The notes under the pieces are model-generated. The model was not told the origin of the DNA. It worked only from the letters and a program-made list of their open reading frames with translations, and searched no databases. Of a DNA stretch of 64,000 nt, positions 55,569 through 64,000 are shown piece by piece; the stretch's first letter is position 1, and each line of letters opens with the position of its first letter. A program made the position numbers and the translations under genes. Source of the DNA: an uncultured Lentisphaerales bacterium (GTDB lineage Bacteria; Verrucomicrobiota; Lentisphaeria; JABSQK01; UBA12247); NCBI GenBank assembly GCA_943788985.1, contig CALSSJ010000044.1, positions 1-64,000 of the forward strand, given 5' to 3'.

Positions 55569-56762
55569 TCAGCCGCCAGTCTTTGCCCCTGCGCACCCAC
55601 CGTTAAGCAAGCGCTCAAGGTAGTGATACTCAATATTGTACAGCTTCTTGATTGCCTCGATCTCCGCGAGTTTCTTGGACGCCTCCCCTTCGGCATTCTG
55701 GTCTTTTATCGCCACGATCATCACATTCTTCGGTGTGTGCTCAGTCGAGATAAACTCGAACACCTTGGTCCTGTACCCCTGCGACTCGAGGATAAGCGCA
55801 CGTAAGCCATCGGTCAGAATCTCTGACTGGCGTTCCTCGAGAATGCCAAAACGGGTGATCTCCTGCAACTCATTGCTGGGCTTGATCTGCTCACGCAGTT
55901 GTTTGTGACAGCACGGGGCAGAGATGATGATCTTGGCCTGAGCCTGGATGCCCCGATAAATGGCATCATCGGTCGCCGTATCGCAGGCATGCAGGGCGAT
56001 CAATATTTCGATCCCAGCGAGATCCACTTGGTCGATCGCGCCCGCCCGAAACTCCAAACCGTCAAACTTCGCAAGCTTGGCAATGCGATTGCAGGTGTCC
56101 ACCAAGTGGGGACGCAGTTCGATCCCGACAAGCTTGGGATCGAGCCCCAGGGTCTGGCTCAAGTAGTCATAGAGGGCGAAGGTGAGGTAGCCCTTCCCCG
56201 AGCCCATATCGAAAATATTGCCGGTCCCTTCCAGGCCCTGCTTCTGGATGATGCCACCCACTACCTCGACAAACTTGTTGATCTGTCGATATTTATCCTC
56301 GCTGTTTCGCTTCACCTGCCAATCAGAGGTGATCACGCCCAACTCAAGCAAGTAGATGTTGTTTTTCAGCTCGATCAAGCGCTTCTTGGTCTTGTCATGC
56401 TCAAGGTTCTTCGGGACTACGCGCTGCTTTTCCTTACGCTTGAGGCTCACGTTTCCGCGTTTATCGATCGTCAAGTGCCACTCACTCTCGGCTCGAAAAA
56501 GGTCGGCGTGCACAAATGCATTGCTCACCAATTCCCGAATGACCGCCATTCCCGAATCAACGCTGTGGTTTTTAGTCACGTCTCGTGTCGCATGGCGATA
56601 GACAAAACAAAGCTGCAGTCCTTTCTTCGTGCGTACCAACCTCACGAAGACATTCTTGAAATCGAGGCTCTTATCTCGGGGCTTACTGAGCGTAAGCTTG
56701 GCAAGATCCTGTTGGGCAATGCTGCCTTCGACAGCAGTAAGAAAGGTGACCATTTTGCTCAT
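55569..56762 (-). CDS. SAM-dependent methyltransferase (Methyltransf_32-like)
   Basis: KYRQIN, DMGSGKGYLTF, ALHACDTATD, PCCH, EHTPKN. Confidence 0.88.
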   Translation of the reverse strand: MSKMVTFLTAVEGSIAQQDLAKLTLSKPRDKSLDFKNVFVRLVRTKKGLQLCFVYRHATRDVTKNHSVDSGMAVIRELVSNAFVHADLFRAESEWHLTIDKRGNVSLKRKEKQRVVPKNLEHDKTKKRLIELKNNIYLLELGVITSDWQVKRNSEDKYRQINKFVEVVGGIIQKQGLEGTGNIFDMGSGKGYLTFALYDYLSQTLGLDPKLVGIELRPHLVDTCNRIAKLAKFDGLEFRAGAIDQVDLAGIEILIALHACDTATDDAIYRGIQAQAKIIISAPCCHKQLREQIKPSNELQEITRFGILEERQSEILTDGLRALILESQGYRTKVFEFISTEHTPKNVMIVAIKDQNAEGEASKKLAEIEAIKKLYNIEYHYLERLLNGGCAGAKTGG

Positions 56763-57156
56763 ATCGACAACTCGCTTATCTCTCTAGAACTACGTTTCGC
56801 GCTAACCATGCGCCACTATGTAACCGCCCCGAGCCATGGCAAGCCTAGGTTGAGTGGCAGGGGCAGCCCCTTGCCCCTGCACTTCACTCGAGAAAACGGC
56901 TAGCCCCCCAACGGTATTACACCCAGTAGATCGCGCCGTACGCGACGAGCCAGATCCCCCAGCGAGCGCCAGATATGGTCTCGTCGCTCGTACGTCCGAT
57001 CCACGCGGCTCGCTGGTCCCGTCTTGAATCCTAGCCACCGCCACTAAACCAATCCCGAATTGACCAACTTCCAAAAACAGTTCAGCCGACGCTCCAGAAG
57101 ATCGGGAGGTTGATCACAACGAGAAATAGTTGCACCCGTTCGGTTTTACGCATCGC

Positions 57157-57909
57157 TCAAGTTCCGGGCAGCCAGCCGCGCCGGAGGGTCTCGTAGAGCA
57201 GAATGGTCGTAGCCTGGGCCACGTTTAGTGATTCCGCCTGCCCGGGCATCGGGATGGTCACGCGGGCTCCGGGCAGGTCGCCCACGCCATGCGCCTCGCC
57301 GCCAATCACCAGCGCACCACCGCGTGGGTCAAACGCGGCATCCATGCACCGGGCACCTTCGTGAGGATCGGTCAGCCAAAGGCGCCCATCGGGAAACCGA
57401 GTCTGCCATTCCGCCACGGATTGCAGCTTAAATAGGGTTAGTGAGAACTGCGCGCCCATTCCAGCGCGGATTGTCTTGGGCGAGTATGGATCGCAGGAGC
57501 CGTCAGTCACGCAGACACTGCGGAGTCCGCAAGCCCAGGCAGTGCGGAGGATAGTCCCCATATTTCCTGGGTCGCCGACACCATCAAGAATAAGCGTGTA
57601 GGGCTCTGGCGAGGGCAGCTCGCTGGCATAGGCGTAGCGCATCACTGCCAGAATTCCCTGGGCGTTCTGCGTCGTGCTGACGGTTGCAAATTCCGCAACA
57701 CTGCAGCGATGGATCCGCTCGGCGGAGATGCTGCGGGGGGCCTCAAAGCCCTCGGCCAAGACGACAAACTCAACCGCTTTGCCAGCGTGGATAAAGGCCT
57801 CTTCGCAGCAGCGTTGGCCTTCGACTAGGAACAGCCCTTCCTTGCGGCGGCTGCGGCGATCATGGAGGCGCCGGATTAGGGATCCTTGGCGGCGAGTAAG
57901 CGCATTCAT
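57157..57909 (-). CDS. TrmH/SpoU-family RNA methyltransferase
   Basis: F.VEG, DPGNMGTILRT, GGEAHG, IPMPG..ESLNVA. Confidence 0.92.
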   Translation of the reverse strand: MNALTRRQGSLIRRLHDRRSRRKEGLFLVEGQRCCEEAFIHAGKAVEFVVLAEGFEAPRSISAERIHRCSVAEFATVSTTQNAQGILAVMRYAYASELPSPEPYTLILDGVGDPGNMGTILRTAWACGLRSVCVTDGSCDPYSPKTIRAGMGAQFSLTLFKLQSVAEWQTRFPDGRLWLTDPHEGARCMDAAFDPRGGALVIGGEAHGVGDLPGARVTIPMPGQAESLNVAQATTILLYETLRRGWLPGT

Positions 57910-58039
57910 GGGCAGTAAGTCGGTCGTGGGTTCATAGGTCGAACTGTACGCCGATCCGCGAACTCTGGCACAGAAGGCGCAGTCCCGAACAGCTACCATT
58001 CTACAGGACCGTCGAATAGATTGTCTTCCGGCACCGTCA

Positions 58040-59882
58040 CTCAGTTGGTTGAGTCCTTTCGCAATGACGAGGGGCAGCCGAGGCAGTGCATCATTCTGTC
58101 GCTGGGCAGGCCAAAATCAACGAGGACATTCGCCGCGAGGTCGCCAAAGTCGTCGCAGCCCGCCTGTATCACGAACCAGAACTGCTTGAACGGCCACTGA
58201 GGCCAGAGGCCGCCTGTTAGGTTGATCGTATCGTCAACACTGTCCAGCATTATGGAACATCGCCCCCCAGGCGCAAACGCCGCGCCCATCAAGACAACAC
58301 CAGCTCGGAGGCGATTGATGGCGTGTTGTCCGACAAAATCGACCATACCCACAGCACTACCTTGGGCCCCGAGCTTCTAGCCTTGCACGCCTGGAAGCAG
58401 CTGAATATGCCCGGTCTGCTGGAGACGCTCGGCTTCAACCAAGCACAATGTGACGCCGCCGCCGTCAGGGTCGTTAACAGACTCGTGGCCCTCTGCAGCG
58501 ATTATTTCATGCAAACCTGGCTGACCACCAGTTCCCTCGCCGACCTGCTCCGCAGCGACATCTTGAACTTTGCCGATGACCGCGACTATCGCATCGGCGA
58601 TAAGCTCCTGGCGGCCAAAGACAAGATCGAAGACCACCTTCCACACGCCCAAAAAGAACCCTTCAACCTCCAGCGCACTATCATCCTCTACTACCTGACA
58701 AATACGCACTTCGCGGGTGTCTGCGCCAAGAATCCAAAAGCCAAGCGCGGCAAGAACAAGCAGAAGCGCAACGACTGCCCACAGGTCGTTGTCGGCATGG
58801 TCTTCGACGAATTTGGCTTCGAACTGGCACACCAGACCTTCAGCCGTAACACCCGGGACTCGACCACACTCACGTTCTTGGTAAACACCCTCAAAAAGCT
58901 CACCGATAGCGATCAGGAGTTGGCCGACGCCAAGCCCATTGTCGTCGTCGATGCTGGCATCGCGACCATAGACAACCTGCGGCGACTGCGTGAAGAAGGT
59001 TTTAGTTGCCTCGTCAATGCCAGTCACTAACAGCGAGAGGTCTAGGCCGATCATTTTCGCGACGATAGCGGCTTTGAGGCAGTGCCCGGTCGCGAGAAAA
59101 ACGGCCGAGCGCGAGCCCCTGTTTTGGTTAAAGCTGTCGATCATACTTTCACTGAATAACCCACCGGATAAGCCACCGAGGCCAGCGACAGCGAAAACAC
59201 ACCAGAGATCATTGCTGCGCGCTTGGTCTTGTGTAAAAGCGACACTCCCGGTGACAAAGAACGTGCTATGATCAGCAAGGCCGAGGAGAAACTCCTTGAG
59301 CGCCTGCAGAAGCTCGCCACCCGCATCGCCATCGGTCGGTTGCGCAGCAACAACTCGCGAGTGGTCAGATTCTACGACATCGACTTTCAGGAAGCCAATA
59401 AACCTGCGAAAGGCGAGCCTGAGGGCGTCTTGCGCTACACCCGCAAAGACCAACTTTTTGCTGACAGTCAGTTGGTTATGGGCTGCTACGTACTACGAAC
59501 CGATCAGCAGGATCTGCCTGCCGAGCAACTTTGGCAGCTATACATCACCTTAGTCCTGGCCGAAGAGGGGTTTCGGCTACTAAAAACCGACTTAGGCCTG
59601 CGCCCGAACTTCCATCAGATCCAAGATTGCGTGGACGGGCACATTTTCATCACCGTGCCTGCCTACCACGTACTGACGCACATCCTGTACACCTTACGCC
59701 AAGGCTTTCTGAGGCATCACAGGCGCAGATCTATCGCCACTTCGACATCGACACGACCGCCTTGCCACAGAGCAAGGTGATCATCACACCAAAATGACAC
59801 GAGAAGAACCTGCGACTTTGCAGGGATTCTTTCTTATCTCCCTCATTACCAGAGGCTTGCGATCCTGAGTGCAAAATTCGGG
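58040..59882 (+). mobile_element. Degenerate IS1634-family element
   Basis: QLVESFRNDEGQPRQ N-terminus, YYLTNTHF (first catalytic D lost), K.KR.DCPQV, VVVDAGIA, AEEGFR.LKTDLGLRP.FHQ; internal stops and frameshifts; probable right end ..GCAAAATTCGGG at 59882; left end not found. Confidence 0.85.
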
Positions 59883-60173
59883 CTAGCGCGCAACGCCGTC
59901 GGCGTGATTATGGTCGCCAAGGCTGGCAAGACCACCTGCCATTCCATACGCTACTGCCACGGCCAGTTCGTCAATACAAACATCCGCGGCTACGTCCTAA
60001 ACGGCATCGATTCCGGCGTACGAAGGTACGGCTGTTACTACCGCGGCCAGTACGGCTACAAGCCTTATGCCCAGCAACGCACCTACTACCGAGCGGCCCC
60101 AGAACTGAAGGAGCTGTCCGAGCGTCAAGCACTACCTGAATGCGCTCCTTCAGCGCCGCCCGTCCCGGCATAG
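59883..60173 (+). pseudogene. C-terminal fragment of a BY-kinase (Wzc/CapB-like)
   Basis: GVIMV.KAGKT, GYVLN, Tyr cluster RYGCYYRGQYGY..YY directly after the IS end. Confidence 0.7.
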
Positions 60174-60339
60174 CCACATTGGCCTCGCAATCCGCGATGG
60201 CAACAGACTCAGAAGTCGGACTCGCTCTACGACTGACACGGCGGGAAATTGACTGAGATTGTGTGCGGCAGCGACTGGCACGCGCTCGCCACCACCGTTA
60301 TCTTCCGGCCAGTCGTAGTGCACGTAGCTGGAGCCTCCC

Positions 60340-61752
<1,413 letters not shown>

Positions 61753-61828
61753 GTCCAGATTTGCCGTCAGCGCTGGCGCTCCCATCCCTAGCGGCATCCC
61801 TCCATCGCCTCCAGCCCGAATATGGTTC

Positions 61829-62119
61829 CTAAGAGTTTTCGAACAGCTGTGGAACAACCCGGCCTAGGAGCCGGTAGTGGTCGACGACCAGCACGGCCCG
61901 GCCGTCGTCCTCTAGCGCCAGCCTCCCGGTCACCTCAACGGCAAAGCAGAGGTGACGGGGCATTGACGCACCGCTGACTCCCAACTCGAGCAGGTACTCG
62001 CCTTCGCCGTCGGTTTCTAACGCCAACGTCCGCACCTGATCCCCGTCCCAGTCGATCGGGACCAGAATGCCACGCAGGACATGCGTCGGCGCATCGGTGG
62101 AGGTCGATTTCGTCATCAT
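61829..62119 (-). CDS. Small hypothetical protein
   Basis: GGGAG SD then ATG; OB-fold-like pattern LRGI..P.DW..V.VTG. Confidence 0.6.
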   Translation of the reverse strand: MMTKSTSTDAPTHVLRGILVPIDWDGDQVRTLALETDGEGEYLLELGVSGASMPRHLCFAVEVTGRLALEDDGRAVLVVDHYRLLGRVVPQLFENS

Positions 62120-62371
62120 GGTCTCCCTAGAGGTCGCCCTCCCAGTCGTAAAACATCAGGGCGGCGGACCAGTTTAGAAACTTGAGACTCCTTTGTCGGG
62201 TTCCGTCGGTCATTGGCGAAAGACAGACCTGTTAAGATCCTACCTACTCGCCACCCCTTGCAACTGCCGTGCCAATCGAACCAGACGTCGTCTGCAGCCC
62301 CACAAAAGACGCCAAAACGCTCCTCACACCGGGTTTTACTGAACCACGAGATCCGATTCGATTACCAGGCA

Positions 62372-62429
62372 GGAACTTCCAGTTCCGAAACACTAATTGC
62401 GCTGCCCAGAAAGCGGAACTGCAGCTTCT
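62372..62429. promoter_or_regulatory. Putative enhancer (UAS) for a sigma54 activator
   Basis: Perfect dyad GGAACT-TCC-AGTTCC at 62372-62386 and a degenerate copy starting GGAACT at 62415, about 90-135 bp upstream of the -24 element. Confidence 0.55.
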
Positions 62430-62506
62430 ACATCGCGGACTCTTGGTCGCTCCCCGAGATGCCTACATGCACCATCTTTCAAGGCTGCGCCATGTGTCCC
62501 CAGTGT

Positions 62507-62522
62507 TGGCACGCAACATGCA
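62507..62522 (+). promoter_or_regulatory. sigma54 -24/-12 promoter
   Basis: TGGCAC-GCAAC-ATGCA with correct GG-N10-GC spacing, about 40 nt before the start codon. Confidence 0.75.
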
Positions 62523-62562
62523 AACAAGATGTTGTCCGACCTTTTTTCTAGGAGCGATTTCC

Positions 62563-63360
62563 GTGCAACACCCAAACTTCTCGCTGGCTATCGGCAACGG
62601 CCCGATCGTCGCCGCCGCCCTTCACGCAGGCCATCAACTCCGGTCCGAAGTGGAGGCGGAAATCACTCTTTGCCCCGCGGATAGGCTTCGTGAAGAAGAT
62701 CCGTATACCGATCGGTGGACTCAGTTTTCCCCGACCCGGCTAGTTGTCCACACCTCTCGTTTTCAGGTCGACCTGAACCGTCCTCGCGGCAGCGCAGTCT
62801 ACCGCACCCCCGCAGACGCCTGGGGCCTGCAGGTCTGGCGCGACCGTTGCCCGGACGGCATCCTGCAGCGTTCACGTGCAGAGTACGACTCCTTCTACGG
62901 CATGGCCGAGCGCGTTTTCGACGACCTAGCCCGCCGCTACGGCCGGTTCGTCGTCTACGACCTCCACACGTACAACCACCGCCGTAACGGCCCGAACGCA
63001 CCACCGTCTCCCCAGAATGAAAATCCCGATGTGAATCTGGGCACAGGCAGTCTCGACCGCAGCTACTGGGCTCCGCTAGTGCATGCCTTCACGGGCGCAT
63101 TGCCCAGCCCCGACTCCGGCCAGACTCTGGATGTACGTGAGAATGTGAAGTTCCAAGGCGGCCACTTTGCTCGCTGGGTTCACGCCAAGTACCCGCACAT
63201 TGGGTGCGTCCTCTCCATTGAGGTAAAGAAGACTTTCATGGACGAGTGGACCGGAGTAGCCGACCCCGCACAGGTCACCTTGATTCGCGACAGTCTTGCT
63301 GCCACTGTCGATCCAGTCTTGCGGGTCCTCCATTCCGTCTACAACGCCCAATCCGCGTGA
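62563..63360 (+). CDS. N-formylglutamate amidohydrolase family protein
   Basis: AGGAG SD + GTG; H.GH, REEDPYTD, SRF.VDLNR, DLHTYNHRR, RENVKF.GG, IEVKK.FMDEW. Confidence 0.9.
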   Translation: MQHPNFSLAIGNGPIVAAALHAGHQLRSEVEAEITLCPADRLREEDPYTDRWTQFSPTRLVVHTSRFQVDLNRPRGSAVYRTPADAWGLQVWRDRCPDGILQRSRAEYDSFYGMAERVFDDLARRYGRFVVYDLHTYNHRRNGPNAPPSPQNENPDVNLGTGSLDRSYWAPLVHAFTGALPSPDSGQTLDVRENVKFQGGHFARWVHAKYPHIGCVLSIEVKKTFMDEWTGVADPAQVTLIRDSLAATVDPVLRVLHSVYNAQSA

Positions 63361-63364
63361 CCTG

Positions 63365-64000
63365 ATGGCGCTCGACTCCACCATAGTCCAACGCATCCGG
63401 GAACGCCTTGCCACCAACCAGCCGCTGCGTTGTCAGGTTCCCGGAGGCGGCGTGCTGAACGTAGACCGGCAACTGCCGTTCCTCTGCGTGTTCCGACGTC
63501 CTCGCAACGAAATCGACGCGAGCATGGCCAAGCTCGTGCGCGGCGAGGGCGCATATCTGGTGGGCCGCGGTGATCGTAGCGGGCGTCGCAACACGCGCGA
63601 GCTCGTCCAGTTGACCGTTGCCGAGCTCGCCCCACACTTCGGTGCCTTCCTGATTGTGGAGCTGTGGGCAGCCGCCGAAGCATCAGCGGACATGGCCCCG
63701 CATTTTACCCTCGCCGCGCCGGCAAGAACGCCACAGGCGATGCTCGAAACCTTGCAAGCCGAGCTAGGACGGATGCGCGTCCAGCGACGCCGGGCGCGAG
63801 TCACGGTCGAGCGCCTGCCGCCGGTAGCCCCTGGCTTCTCGCCGCTACTTACGCCGGCCCAAGCCCAGGCGCACAACGTTTTCGTCATCGGGATCGAAGT
63901 CGCACCGATCTTTCGCGATCCCACCACGGGAACAGTCTTCCCTCTGGTGTTGCGACGTCTCCACCGAGGCTTGAGCCTGGCGCTGCGACGTTGCTTCTAC
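63365..64000 (+). CDS. QEGLA-motif/DUF1704 protein, long form (runs off the window)
   Basis: Hand translation MALDSTIVQRIRERL..PGGGVLNVDRQLPFLCVFRRP..FGAFLIVELW; typical neighbour of this amidohydrolase; the QEGLA motif itself is outside the window. Confidence 0.72.
   Translation, partial: MALDSTIVQRIRERLATNQPLRCQVPGGGVLNVDRQLPFLCVFRRPRNEIDASMAKLVRGEGAYLVGRGDRSGRRNTRELVQLTVAELAPHFGAFLIVELWAAAEASADMAPHFTLAAPARTPQAMLETLQAELGRMRVQRRRARVTVERLPPVAPGFSPLLTPAQAQAHNVFVIGIEVAPIFRDPTTGTVFPLVLRRLHRGLSLALRRCFY

Noticed and set aside
55560..56860. Integron cassette (GTTAGCG before and GCTTAAC near the end of the methyltransferase on the minus strand)
   Set aside because: No convincing L boxes, no matching R' site downstream, and no integrase in the window

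Overview
A GC-rich (roughly 60%) chromosomal segment, probably from a PVC-superphylum bacterium (Lentisphaerota-like; inferred from gene style and content, not proven). It is mostly scattered housekeeping genes (nadB, mnmA, ogt, serC, fghA, nth, xth, fabA, lnt, murG, lpxL-like, pyrE, menH, priA, mraY, tatA, UDG, trmH-like) plus four tRNAs (Ser-TGA, Ile2-CAT, Asn-GTT, Pro-CGG). Accessory content includes a ~7 kb gene with six PA14 domains fused to DUF1800 followed by DUF1501, a secreted LIM-like/DA1-type metallopeptidase, a disordered tail-anchored protein with many TxxL/I motifs, a tandem pair of unknown paralogues, a decayed IS1634 beside a truncated BY-kinase, and a sigma54-driven N-formylglutamate amidohydrolase/QEGLA operon. 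Many genes, including conserved housekeeping ones, carry a net +1 indel, most likely long-read assembly error. The strongest unexplained signal is a 15-bp palindrome, TTGCGRASTYCGCAA. By manual count it occurs 12 times perfectly and 12 more times with one mismatch, almost always inside coding sequences and in all three reading frames. This suggests a DNA-level site system (nucleoid organisation, segregation or DNA uptake type) that I do not recognise.
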